A stretch of DNA of 64,000 nt from a bacterium (GCA_004322275.1 SCTA01000005.1:71817-135816); one strand, 5' to 3'; positions 1-8,867 are shown, numbered from the stretch's first letter. A program made the numbers and translations. The notes: generated from the letters alone by a model not told the origin.

Positions 1-6
1 AACAGC

Positions 7-906
7 TTGAGTCTCACCTCACTTGTTTTCATAAAGCAGGTGCCCGACACCAAGAACATTACCGGCGAGGCCATGAAGCCCGACGGTACGGTGAACCGCG
101 GAGCGCTTGCCGCCATCTTCAACCCCGAGGACCTTAACGCCCTCGAAATGGCTCTGGATTTAAAGGAGCGGTTCGGCGGAAAGGTTGTCGTCTGCACGAT
201 GGGCCCGCAGGCCGCCGCCACGGTCCTTCGTCATTCGCTTTACATGGGCGCGGACGAGGCCATCCTTCTTACCGACCGTAAATTCGCCGGGGCGGATACC
301 CTCGCGACCAGCTACGCCCTCTCCCTCGCCGCGAAAAAGCTGGGGAACGTCGACCTCGTCCTCTGCGGAAGGCAGGCGATTGACGGCGACACGGCGCAGG
401 TGGGCCCGCAGGTGGCGGAAAAGCTGGGGATTCCCCAGCTCACCTACGTCGAGGCGGTGATTTTTGCGGAAAAAACGAAAATTACCGCCAGAAGCCTCAT
501 CGACGGCGGCTACGAGATCGCCGAGTGCCCCCTTCCCGCCCTCTTCACCGTCGTCTCTTCCGCCAACACCCCGAGACCCGCCGGAGCCAGAAGGCTGATG
601 CAGTACAAGAAGGCGGTCACGCGGACCGAGCTTCTCGCCAGCCACGCGGGCGCAACCTACGAGGACGCCGGGGCTCTCGCCGCCGAGGAGAAGCGCCTGC
701 GGTCGAGGGGCCTCTGGATTCACGAGTGGAGCGCCGCCGACGTGGGCGCGGACGAGGGAAGAATCGGCTTCGCCGGTTCGCCGACGAAGGTCAAGAACGT
801 CGCCAGCGTCGTCATCGCCGGGGCCGACTACAAGGACATCCTGCCGACCAGGGAGGGCATCGCCTCCCTCGTGCAGGAGCTCAACGCGGACCACGTCTTC
901 GTGTAA
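7..906 (+). CDS. etfB: Electron transfer flavoprotein, beta subunit
   Basis: 299-aa ORF. The N-terminus (SLVFIKQVPDTKN...) resembles the canonical EtfB start (..CIKQVPD..), and an EtfA-like ORF follows directly. The TTG start is only 6 nt from the window edge, so the true start may lie upstream. Confidence 0.85.
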   Translation: MSLTSLVFIKQVPDTKNITGEAMKPDGTVNRGALAAIFNPEDLNALEMALDLKERFGGKVVVCTMGPQAAATVLRHSLYMGADEAILLTDRKFAGADTLATSYALSLAAKKLGNVDLVLCGRQAIDGDTAQVGPQVAEKLGIPQLTYVEAVIFAEKTKITARSLIDGGYEIAECPLPALFTVVSSANTPRPAGARRLMQYKKAVTRTELLASHAGATYEDAGALAAEEKRLRSRGLWIHEWSAADVGADEGRIGFAGSPTKVKNVASVVIAGADYKDILPTREGIASLVQELNADHVFV

Positions 907-972
907 AAAGGCTTAAACAAAGAGCCCTCGCTAGCAAGATTGCGCAGGCTCTTCCTGAACGGAAATTTCTCA

Positions 973-2001
973 ATGAGCGACAAGAAGATCGGAAACGTCT
1001 GGATATTCATCGAGCAGGACGCGGGCAAGATAGCCGAGGTCAGCCTCGAACTGCTCTCGAAGGGAACCGAGCTGGCGCAGCGTCTCGGCGTAAAGACCGA
1101 AGCCGTCCTCCTCGGGAAACATGTCTCGGCGCTCGCCAAAACCCTGCACGAGCACGGCGCGGACAACGTCTTTCTGGCCGAGGACCCCAGGCTTGAGCCC
1201 TACTCCGCCCTTCCCTACACGAAGGTGGTCTGTGAGCTCATCCGCGCGCACAACCCCAACATCCTCATGTTCGGCGCAACCAACATGGGAAGGTCTCTGG
1301 CTCCCCGCGTAGCCTCCACGGTGCTGGGCGGCCTCACCGCCGACTGCACCGCCCTCGAAATAGACGATTTCGAGGACAGGGCCAATTCGCGGGTGATGAA
1401 GGACCGTCTCATGCAGATCCGCCCGGCTTTCGGCGGCAACATCATCGCCACCATCGCCAATTCCTGGGGCGATCCGCAGATGGTCACCGTGCGCGAAGGC
1501 GTGATGCAACTAAAAGAGCCCAAACCCGGCAGGACAGGCAAGGTCACTCCCGTAAAGGTGGAGCTTACCGACGCCGAGACGGTGGTTAACATCATCGAGA
1601 GGGTCAAGTCCGAGTCGAAGGTCAACCTCAAGAGCGCGAGGATCATCGTAGCGGGGGGTTACGGCGCGGGCAGCAAGGAGAATTTCGGCCTGATCCACAA
1701 GCTCGCCGAGGCGATCGGCGGCGAGGTGGGCGCCTCGCGCGCCGCCGTGGACGCGGGGTGGATAGACCACGAGCATCAGGTCGGCCAGACCGGCGTGACC
1801 GTCCGTCCGAAGCTCTACATCGCCTGCGGCATCAGCGGCTCGATACAGCACCGCGCCGGAATGAGCTCCAGCGCCAAGATAATAGCGATAAACACCGACG
1901 CCTCGGCCCCCATCTTCTCCATCGCCCATTACGGCATCGTCGGAGACCTCAAGGAGGTCATCCCGATGCTGATAAACGCGATCAAGGGCAAGGATCAGTA
2001 G
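973..2001 (+). CDS. etfA: Electron transfer flavoprotein, alpha subunit
   Basis: The ORF runs 940..2001; I chose the ATG at 973 (MSDKKIGNVWIFIEQD). The C-terminal FAD-binding segment PKLYIACGISGSIQHRAGM is typical of EtfA, and the gene pairs with etfB. Confidence 0.85.
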   Translation: MSDKKIGNVWIFIEQDAGKIAEVSLELLSKGTELAQRLGVKTEAVLLGKHVSALAKTLHEHGADNVFLAEDPRLEPYSALPYTKVVCELIRAHNPNILMFGATNMGRSLAPRVASTVLGGLTADCTALEIDDFEDRANSRVMKDRLMQIRPAFGGNIIATIANSWGDPQMVTVREGVMQLKEPKPGRTGKVTPVKVELTDAETVVNIIERVKSESKVNLKSARIIVAGGYGAGSKENFGLIHKLAEAIGGEVGASRAAVDAGWIDHEHQVGQTGVTVRPKLYIACGISGSIQHRAGMSSSAKIIAINTDASAPIFSIAHYGIVGDLKEVIPMLINAIKGKDQ

Positions 2002-2049
2002 GCCGGGAAGCAGCGTTGAAATACAACTCCTCTTGGGAGAAACACCAAA

Positions 2050-3777
2050 ATGGCTGAAAACTTTTTTCTGGACAATAAAGACCTCAGATTTCACCTACGG
2101 AACGTAGACCTCGAAGAGGTGGTCCGTTTCCGCGAGAGAGACTTTCGCGACGCGCTCGACTTTCCCGACGCTCCCGAATCCTTCGCCGACGCTCTGGACA
2201 GCTACGAGCAGGTGTTAAAGATGCTGGGCGAGCTTTGCGGCGAGTTCATCGCCCCCCGCGCCCGTTCGGTGGACCTCGAAGGCGCGAAGCTGGAAAACGG
2301 CAAGGTCAGCTACGCGAAAGCGACCGTCGAAAACCTCGACGTGCTGAAAAAGGCGGAGCTTCTCGGCGTCACCCTTCCCCGCAAGTACGGCGGCCTGAAC
2401 ATGCCGAGCACCCTCTACTCGATGATGATGGAGATGGTCTCCCGCGCCGACGCCAGCCTCCAGAACCTTGTCGGCCTGCAGGACATCGGCGAGACGATCT
2501 ACCGCTTCGGCACCGAGGAGCAAAGGATGAACTACCTCCCGCGCTTCGCCTCCGGCGAGGTTGACGGCGCGATGGTGCTCACCGAGCCCGAGGCCGGAAG
2601 CGACCTCCAGTCGGTACAGCTCAAAGCCACGCAGGACCCCAAGACCGGCCAGTGGTACCTCAACGGGATGAAGCGCTTCATCACCAACGGCTGCGCCAGC
2701 GTCCACCTCGTCCTCGCCCGTTCGGAAGAGGGCACGAAGGACGGCCGGGGCCTTTCGATGTTCGTCTGCGAAAAGACTCCGGGGCTCAAGGTCCGCAGAA
2801 TAGAGGAGAAACTCGGCATCCACGGCTCCCCCACCTGCGAGCTCCAGTACGTGAACGTGCCCGCTGAGCTTGTCGGCTCGCGCAGAAGGGGCCTGACCCG
2901 CTACGTCATGTCGCTGATGAACGGCGCGAGAATCGCGATAAGCGCGCAGGCTATCGGCATAGCCGAAGCCGCTTACCGCGAGGCGCTTGAATACGCCGGG
3001 GCGAGAGAGCAGTTCGGCAAGACGATCGACAACTTCCCCGCCGTCTACGAGATGCTTGTCCGCTCCAAGGTCAATATCGTCGCCGCGCGCACCCTCCTCT
3101 ACGAGACCACCAAGTACGTAGATCTTCGCGACAATTACGAGCACTGGGTCGATCACGGCGAGCCGGAGACGGTCACCGCGGAGGTGAAGGAAAGATCGAA
3201 GTTCTACTCGAAGGTCGCCGCCGTCCTCACCCCGCTCTCCAAGGCGTGCAGCACCGAGCTGGCCAACAAGGTCGCCTACGACGGCTTGCAGGTTCACGGA
3301 GGCACCGGCTACATGAAGGATTTCAACGCCGAGCGCTACGCCAGAGACGCCCGCATCACCAATATCTACGAGGGCACCACCCAGCTCCAGCACATAGCAG
3401 CCATCGGCGGCGTCACCCAGAGGGTGCTCGATCCGCTGATGGACGAGATAAGCCACCTGCCCTTCCAGGGCAAGCTCCGCAGGCTGGCGAGCGCGGTGGA
3501 CATGGGCCGCGAAAGGCTGAAACACGCCGCCGCCTACGTCCTTTCCCGCGACGACTCGGAATACCAGCTCCTGATGGCGACGCGCCTCTGCAACATCGAG
3601 ACGGCGATCTTCTCCGGCTACCTGCTCCTTCGCGACGCCTTCGCCGACGAGTCCAGAACGCCCCTCGCCGAGCGCTACATCCGCGAGGCGCTCCCCGTCG
3701 TCGAACAGGACTGCGCCGTCGTCATGAGCGGCGACTACTCGATAATCGACAACAAAAAAGACATACTCGACATGTAG
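2050..3777 (+). CDS. Acyl-CoA dehydrogenase (long form with C-terminal extension)
   Basis: 575 aa. ACAD-like segments are present: GAMVLTEPEAGSDL, QVHGGTGYMKDF and ARITNIYEGTTQLQ. A GGGAGA RBS lies upstream of the ATG, and the gene follows etfBA. Confidence 0.85.
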   Translation: MAENFFLDNKDLRFHLRNVDLEEVVRFRERDFRDALDFPDAPESFADALDSYEQVLKMLGELCGEFIAPRARSVDLEGAKLENGKVSYAKATVENLDVLKKAELLGVTLPRKYGGLNMPSTLYSMMMEMVSRADASLQNLVGLQDIGETIYRFGTEEQRMNYLPRFASGEVDGAMVLTEPEAGSDLQSVQLKATQDPKTGQWYLNGMKRFITNGCASVHLVLARSEEGTKDGRGLSMFVCEKTPGLKVRRIEEKLGIHGSPTCELQYVNVPAELVGSRRRGLTRYVMSLMNGARIAISAQAIGIAEAAYREALEYAGAREQFGKTIDNFPAVYEMLVRSKVNIVAARTLLYETTKYVDLRDNYEHWVDHGEPETVTAEVKERSKFYSKVAAVLTPLSKACSTELANKVAYDGLQVHGGTGYMKDFNAERYARDARITNIYEGTTQLQHIAAIGGVTQRVLDPLMDEISHLPFQGKLRRLASAVDMGRERLKHAAAYVLSRDDSEYQLLMATRLCNIETAIFSGYLLLRDAFADESRTPLAERYIREALPVVEQDCAVVMSGDYSIIDNKKDILDM

Positions 3778-3796
3778 TTTTTAATTTCCGGCAGAG

Positions 3797-3832
3797 AAAA
3801 GGGCCTCCCGAAACCGGAGGCCCTTTTGCTGT
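3797..3832 (+). terminator. Rho-independent terminator after the acyl-CoA dehydrogenase gene
   Basis: An 8-bp GC stem, GGGCCTCC/GGAGGCCC (3801-3823), is followed by TTTTGCTGTGTT. Confidence 0.65.
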
Positions 3833-3837
3833 GTTAT

Positions 3838-4248
3838 AGCTGTTAAAACCTTACCTTCGAGTCCAAAAACATTTCATTGACTAGTTTTTGGACGAGCCAT
3901 CTTTTCGTTCCCCTTCGGGGCCCGTACGCGGCGCAACGAGTGAAGGCGTCGGGCCGGCGCGGGGTCTTAGCGAGCCTTGGCGAGCGGGTGCCCCGTACGG
4001 CCCAGCCGGAACGAAGTGGTCGCGCCAAAGGCGCGAGCAACGCGTTTTCGGGCCGATTTCTTGGGCACTTCTTTCTAAAAGAAGCGCCAAGGAGCGCGAG
4101 GCGAAGTCTCGCTAGCTGTAAATTGATGGGCTAAAGCCCATCCTACCCCTGCTCAAAAGGTGGCTTGGGGACGCGGGGCGGATAGCCCCACAAATATCAT
4201 ACCGGTTTACACAGACAGGATTTGCTTGGTGGGCCGAGCCCACCCTAC
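3838..4248. repeat. Modular hairpin-chain mosaic repeat, copy A
   Basis: It shares linkers with the other copies (TACCTTCGAG, CGAGCC.TC.TTTCG, GCTAGCTGTAAA). It contains hairpin TCCAAAAAC/GTTTTTGGA (3862-3892) and two hairpin+CCTAC units (4125-4146, 4228-4248). It lies between convergent gene ends. Confidence 0.8.
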
Positions 4249-4250
4249 CA

Positions 4251-5003
4251 CTAAAGCTCCAGCCTGAGCCCGTCGAACCCCAGGACAACCTCGCCGCCGA
4301 AGGCGCTTTTGGCCTCCCTGACCGGGTCGCCGGTTTCGGTCTCGGGCTGGATGTGGGTGAGGACGAGCTTTTTCACCCTCGCGGCTTTCGCCAACTCTCC
4401 CGCCTGCACCGGCGTCAGGTGGCCGTCGGCGGGGTTGTCCGAAGCGCGCGAAGCCTCGGCGATGAGGATGTCCGCGCCGCTGGCGAAGACGGCGAGTTCG
4501 CCCGAGGGGCCGGTGTCGCCGGTGATAACCGCCGCGCGCCCCCCGAGGGAGACGCGGTAGGAGATCGAGGATTCGATGTGGTCGGCGTGGCCTGTAGCCA
4601 CCGAAAGCCCCCCGACGAGCAACTCCGCCCCCTCCGAAAGCTCCAGCACCTCGCGGCTGTAGCCGCGGGCCTCCACCCACCTGCCGAAAATCGTCGAAAC
4701 CCCGGAGATCAGGGCCAGAGTGTCCGGCCCCCCCGCGAGAAGAAACCTCTTCTGCCTCGGCGGCGGCGCGTAATTGCAGGCGAAAAAGAAAGGCAGAAGC
4801 TCCGAAAGATGGTCAGGGTGCCTGTGGGTCAGAAAAATCGCGTCCAGGTCCCGGTGCGAAACCCCCGCCCGCAAAAGCCCAACCAGCGCCCCCATCCCCA
4901 GATCGATCGCAACCCTCGCCCCGCCCCCCTCCACGAGAACACACGCCCCCCCTCTCGTCAGAGAAGGAGAACAACCACCGGTGCCAATAAGAGTTATTAG
5001 CAT
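4251..5003 (-). CDS. MBL-fold metallo-hydrolase (RNase Z/PhnP-like)
   Basis: 250 aa with the HxHxDH motif (THRHPDHLSEL) and the later His/Asp ligand pattern typical of the beta-lactamase fold. Confidence 0.75.
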   Translation of the reverse strand: MLITLIGTGGCSPSLTRGGACVLVEGGGARVAIDLGMGALVGLLRAGVSHRDLDAIFLTHRHPDHLSELLPFFFACNYAPPPRQKRFLLAGGPDTLALISGVSTIFGRWVEARGYSREVLELSEGAELLVGGLSVATGHADHIESSISYRVSLGGRAAVITGDTGPSGELAVFASGADILIAEASRASDNPADGHLTPVQAGELAKAARVKKLVLTHIQPETETGDPVREAKSAFGGEVVLGFDGLRLEL

Positions 5004-5015
5004 AAATACTAGTCG

Positions 5016-6143
5016 CTAAACAGTAGGACTTATCTTTTTTGACTTGCTGTCATATTTATCGACAGCACTTTTAAACCTACCAGCAAAAGCAAACAGGTCT
5101 TCCAGTTCGTTAATGACAGATCCCTCCTCTTTTTCTGTATCAAAAAATCCCACGGATTTCCTAGATCCATTAAAATATAAACGGCAAATTGGCTTACGAT
5201 TATTATCGTCAAGCAAAATGCCGCAATAGCTCTGTACATCCCGCATAGCCACTCGTTTTGGACTAATATGTTCGCGAAGAATGGCGCGAATAATATTGTA
5301 CGCCTCTATCTCCTCTTCGGTGGTGATAATTGCTGATTCTGTTTCAGTTGCAGCTGGGATTTCTTTATTATTGGTTGTAGAGGCTGCAATTTGAGGGGTT
5401 GCGTTTGGCGTTGTCTGGGCTTCTGGCGAAAGAACCGACTTTAGACGATCATTAATTTGGTCATTTAAAAGCAATCTAAATGCTCTTTTTGTAAGCTGTG
5501 TAAATTGTTCACGAATTGGCTGAGTCATTCTCCCGCTATAAACTTTACTAGCGAAAAACCTTACAAATTCCTCCGAAGGTTCTTGCATTTGTTCAGACAG
5601 AAGGCGAGTTATCTCCCGCGTATATTTCAGTTCCGCCGCAGTTGAAAGAATAGTGCTCAGGTCGAAAGAAGACTTTGAAAATTTCTTTAGTTCCTCAACA
5701 GCATTTTCCTTTGCGTCCAAAACATTGAATTCAAAAAAGGGCTTTTTATCCATTTTATTTGGTTCGTCGAGATCAGCATAAAACCAATATAATAAACCAT
5801 TGGTTAATACACCGAAGCGTGCTTCGGTTACACTGTAATACCGATATAGCTGAGATGCATGCACCTTTCCCAAATCTGTAGAGTAGTGCTTGCATTCGAT
5901 AAGGATTATCGGCTTGCCGTCTTTCAAGATAGCGTAATCAATCTTTTCGCCTTTTTTAGTACCGAAATCTGCATTCAACTCAGGAGTAACTTCGGATGGG
6001 TCAAACACGTTGTATCCGAGGGCGTGCAGAAATGGCATTACAAGAGCGTGCTTTGTTGCCTCTTCTGTTTGAATACTATCAAGTTGCTTCGGTATTCGGG
6101 CAGACAGTTCGCGTATCTTGTCAATTAGGTCCATTTTGCTCAT
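5016..6143 (-). CDS. PD-(D/E)xK nuclease-fold protein, type I restriction HsdR N-terminal-domain-like, with an uncharacterised C-terminal domain
   Basis: The ORF runs 5016..6179; likely starts are the ATG at 6143 or 6134 (GAGAGG upstream). The N-terminal region (EEATKHALVMPFLHALGY ... EKIDYAIL...KPIILIECKH) shows the D...E-x-K nuclease signature of HSDR_N-type domains. GC content is far below that of the flanking DNA. Confidence 0.6.
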   Translation of the reverse strand: MSKMDLIDKIRELSARIPKQLDSIQTEEATKHALVMPFLHALGYNVFDPSEVTPELNADFGTKKGEKIDYAILKDGKPIILIECKHYSTDLGKVHASQLYRYYSVTEARFGVLTNGLLYWFYADLDEPNKMDKKPFFEFNVLDAKENAVEELKKFSKSSFDLSTILSTAAELKYTREITRLLSEQMQEPSEEFVRFFASKVYSGRMTQPIREQFTQLTKRAFRLLLNDQINDRLKSVLSPEAQTTPNATPQIAASTTNNKEIPAATETESAIITTEEEIEAYNIIRAILREHISPKRVAMRDVQSYCGILLDDNNRKPICRLYFNGSRKSVGFFDTEKEEGSVINELEDLFAFAGRFKSAVDKYDSKSKKISPTV

Positions 6144-6203
6144 CCTCTCTTGCCTAATGTTGTCGGTTTTTCGTTTCACTCAAACCGACCTACTTTTACA
6201 TAC

Positions 6204-6682
6204 TATAAACAAACTACCTTCGAGCCGATAAGCTAATAATCACCCCGCTTATCGGCGAGCCTTCTTTTCGTCTCCCACAGAGCCCGTACGCGGCGCAACG
6301 AGTGGAGGCGTCGGGCCGGCGCGGGGTCTTAGCGTAGCGAAGCGGAGCGGGTGCCCCGTACGGCCCAGCCGGAACGAAGTGGTCGCTCGTAGAGCGAGCG
6401 ACGCGTCCGGGCTGAGTTTTGGGCCACCTTTTGCTCACTCAAAAGGTGGCTTGGGGCGCGGGGCGGACAGCCCCGCTAGCTGTAAATTGATGGGCTGAAG
6501 CCCATCCTACTCCGGCTAGCTGTAAAAGTGCAAAGCACACAAAAGTCACTGGATTCCCGCGCTTCGCGCGAGAATGACGACCGAAGAATGGTGCGTTACG
6601 GCTACGCCTAACGCACCCTACGTAACTACCCCTCAAAGAAATTAATGTTTTGTCGCCTTTCGCTACGCTCAAAGCGACCTAC
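6204..6682. repeat. Modular hairpin-chain mosaic repeat, copy B
   Basis: Same architecture and orientation as copy A. Hairpins: GCCGATAAGC/GCTTATCGGC (6224-6256), GCCACCTTTTG/CAAAAGGTGGC (6423-6450) and GCGGGGC..GCCCCGC. GCTAGCTGTAAA occurs twice (6475, 6515). Three hairpin+CTAC units are present (6489-6510, 6590-6621, about 6651-6682). Confidence 0.8.
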
Positions 6683-6689
6683 ACAACTA

Positions 6690-6866
6690 CTAATCAATAA
6701 ACTTGCTGGCCATCAGCAGCGCAAAATTAACAATCGCCAGCGCCATGCCGGTATACGACAGCATTTTCCGCTTCTCGTAACTGTTTTTCCGAAAAATCAC
6801 CATAACCGCCAGAACGATAAAAACTTCCGCCCCAACGAGAAAAAACAAAGCATTCTTATCTAACAT
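6690..6866 (-). CDS. Hypothetical small membrane protein (two predicted TM helices)
   Basis: The ORF runs 6690..6989; the internal ATG at 6866 gives MLDKNALFFLVGAEVFIVLAVMVIF...GMALAIVNFALLMASKF with two hydrophobic stretches. The patch is low-GC, and no clear RBS or homology was recognised. Confidence 0.3.
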   Translation of the reverse strand: MLDKNALFFLVGAEVFIVLAVMVIFRKNSYEKRKMLSYTGMALAIVNFALLMASKFID

Positions 6867-6948
6867 CTTTATGATCCGCAAAGCTGGTGTTGCCTGTGTA
6901 AATAAGCCGGGCTGCCGTAATTTTATACACCTATCCGCAACGTAAAAA

Positions 6949-7059
6949 AATACCTTCGAGCGAATGAGCCGGGAAATCCCCGCTCGCATGCGAGTTTTCT
7001 TTTCGTTCCCATGGAGGCCCCGCGAGGTTTTTTAATTTGGCGGGCCGCGCCCTCCCTAC
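6949..7059. repeat. Truncated copy of the hairpin-chain repeat
   Basis: It starts with the conserved TACCTTCGAG, continues with ..TTTTCTTTTCGTTCCC, and ends with a GC hairpin plus CCCTAC (7054-7059). Confidence 0.55.
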
Positions 7060-7167
7060 GAATGGTTGACCACGCCCGCCTCTTCTTATAGGCTTACCAC
7101 TTGGTAAATTAAACGTGACGAGCGCCCGAGGGAATCCGGGACGCGCGATGGTTTATCTGGAGAAATC

Positions 7168-8214
7168 ATGGCAAAGACCACGACCTACAAAGACGCCGGA
7201 GTAGACATAGACGCGGGCAACCGGCTTGTTTCAAAGATAAGCGAGATCGTCAAGCCGACGATACGGCCCGAGGTTATAGGCGGCATCGGCGGCTTCGGCT
7301 CTCTTTTTTCCCTTGCGAAGCTCCCCTACAAGAACCAGGTGCTGGTGGCCTCCACCGACGGCGTGGGGACGAAGCTGAAGATCGCCTTCATGGCGGACAG
7401 GCACGACACGGTGGGCATAGACCTCGTGGCGATGTGCGTGAACGACGTGGTGGTGCAGGGCGCGGAGCCCCTCTTCTTCCTCGATTATTTCGCGACGGGG
7501 CAGCTGAAAGAGGGCACGGCGGAGCAGGTAATCTCGGGAATCGCCAAGGGGTGCGTGCAGGCGAACTGTTCGCTGGTGGGCGGCGAGACGGCTGAGATGC
7601 CGGGGATGTACCCGGAGGGCGAGTACGACCTCGCGGGTTTCTCGGTGGGCATAGCCGACCGCGAAAAGCTGATCGACGGCACCTCGATAAACTTCGGAGA
7701 CGCCGTCATCGGCATAGCCTCCTCGGGCGTCCACTCCAACGGCTACTCGCTGGTCCGCAAGGTTCTCTTCACCGACGGAAAATACTCCATCGACCACGTC
7801 TTCCCCGAGCTGGGAATCCCGCTGGGCGAAGAGCTGCTGAAACCCACCCGCATCTACGTGAAGACGATAATGAACCTCAACCGCGACTTCACCATCAAGG
7901 GTGTGGCGCACATCACCGGCGGCGGGCTGCCGGAGAACCTTCCGCGCGTGCTGCCGAAGGGGTGCGGGGCGCGGATAGATTCCTCGAAGTGGGTGGAGCA
8001 GCCGATCTTCGGCCTTATCGCGAAGATGGGCAACGTCCCCCGTCCCGACATGCTACGCACCTTCAACTGCGGCGTGGGAATGGTTATCGTGGTGCCCGAC
8101 AGGGAGAGCGCGGACGTGCTGGAGAGGCTGCGCGCCCTCGGGGAGAAGGCTTCGGTCATCGGCCACATCATTGAACAGAAGAAGGGCGCTCCCGAAGTGG
8201 AGGTTATAGACTGA
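7168..8214 (+). CDS. purM: Phosphoribosylformylglycinamidine cyclo-ligase (AIR synthetase)
   Basis: 348 aa. The N-terminus YKDAGVDIDAGN and the GGFGSLF motif match PurM, the RBS is GGAGA, and purN follows. Confidence 0.95.
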   Translation: MAKTTTYKDAGVDIDAGNRLVSKISEIVKPTIRPEVIGGIGGFGSLFSLAKLPYKNQVLVASTDGVGTKLKIAFMADRHDTVGIDLVAMCVNDVVVQGAEPLFFLDYFATGQLKEGTAEQVISGIAKGCVQANCSLVGGETAEMPGMYPEGEYDLAGFSVGIADREKLIDGTSINFGDAVIGIASSGVHSNGYSLVRKVLFTDGKYSIDHVFPELGIPLGEELLKPTRIYVKTIMNLNRDFTIKGVAHITGGGLPENLPRVLPKGCGARIDSSKWVEQPIFGLIAKMGNVPRPDMLRTFNCGVGMVIVVPDRESADVLERLRALGEKASVIGHIIEQKKGAPEVEVID

Positions 8215-8867
8215 TGGGTTTAAAAATCGGGGTTCTGGCTTCGGGCGGCGGCTCGAATCTCCAGTCTATCCTCGACGCCTGCGGTGAGGGGCGGCTGGAC
8301 GGAAAAGTGCTGGTTGTGATCAGCGACAACCCTCACGCCTTCGCGCTTGAACGCGCCTGCAAATACGGGGCGGCGACAGTCGTAATCGAACTCGACCGCG
8401 GGGAATCCCGCGAGGCCCATGACGAGAAGATAGTGGCGGCCATGCGCGGCTACGGCGTTGATACGATCGCGATGGCGGGCTACATGCTGATGGTGACGCC
8501 GGTGCTGCTGCGGGCTTTCCCCGGCAGGGTGCTGAACATCCACCCGGCGCTCCTCCCCTCCTTCCCGGGCCTCCACGTCCAGAAGGCGGCCATCGACCAC
8601 GGGGCGAAGTTCTCCGGCTGCACCGTCCACTTCGTGGACGAGAATATGGACACCGGGCCGATAATCATTCAGGCGGTCGTTCCCGTGCGCGATGACGACA
8701 CGGAAAAGACCCTCGGCGCGAGGATACTCCGCGAGGAGCACCGCATCTACCCGCAGGCGCTGCAGTATCTGGCCGAGGGAAGATTGAAAATCGTGGGAAG
8801 GCGGGTACTTCTGATGCCGCAGAGCCCCGGTTCCGGGGCGCTGCACAACCCGGCGGTAAGTTCCTGA
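8214..8867 (+). CDS. purN: Phosphoribosylglycinamide formyltransferase
   Basis: 217 aa. It has the GVLASGGGSNLQ start and the NIHPALLPSFPG motif. Its start overlaps the purM stop (TGATG). Confidence 0.9.
   Translation: MGLKIGVLASGGGSNLQSILDACGEGRLDGKVLVVISDNPHAFALERACKYGAATVVIELDRGESREAHDEKIVAAMRGYGVDTIAMAGYMLMVTPVLLRAFPGRVLNIHPALLPSFPGLHVQKAAIDHGAKFSGCTVHFVDENMDTGPIIIQAVVPVRDDDTEKTLGARILREEHRIYPQALQYLAEGRLKIVGRRVLLMPQSPGSGALHNPAVSS

Noticed and set aside
3843-4134. Short ORFs inside the mosaic repeats. Examples: 3877..4134, 3888..4115, 6214..6438, 6439..6672, 15931..16233, 16088..16321, 31458..31670.
   Set aside because: They lie entirely within repeat modules and occur on both strands. 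Their similarity to each other is explained by nucleotide repetition. The compensatory stem changes destroy any conserved peptide, which argues against coding function.
3838-6682. Possibility that the repeated hairpins form a CRISPR array.
   Set aside because: There is no constant-length direct repeat alternating with unique spacers of similar size. The modules are heterogeneous, occur in both orientations and are scattered over many loci. No cas genes are present in the window.
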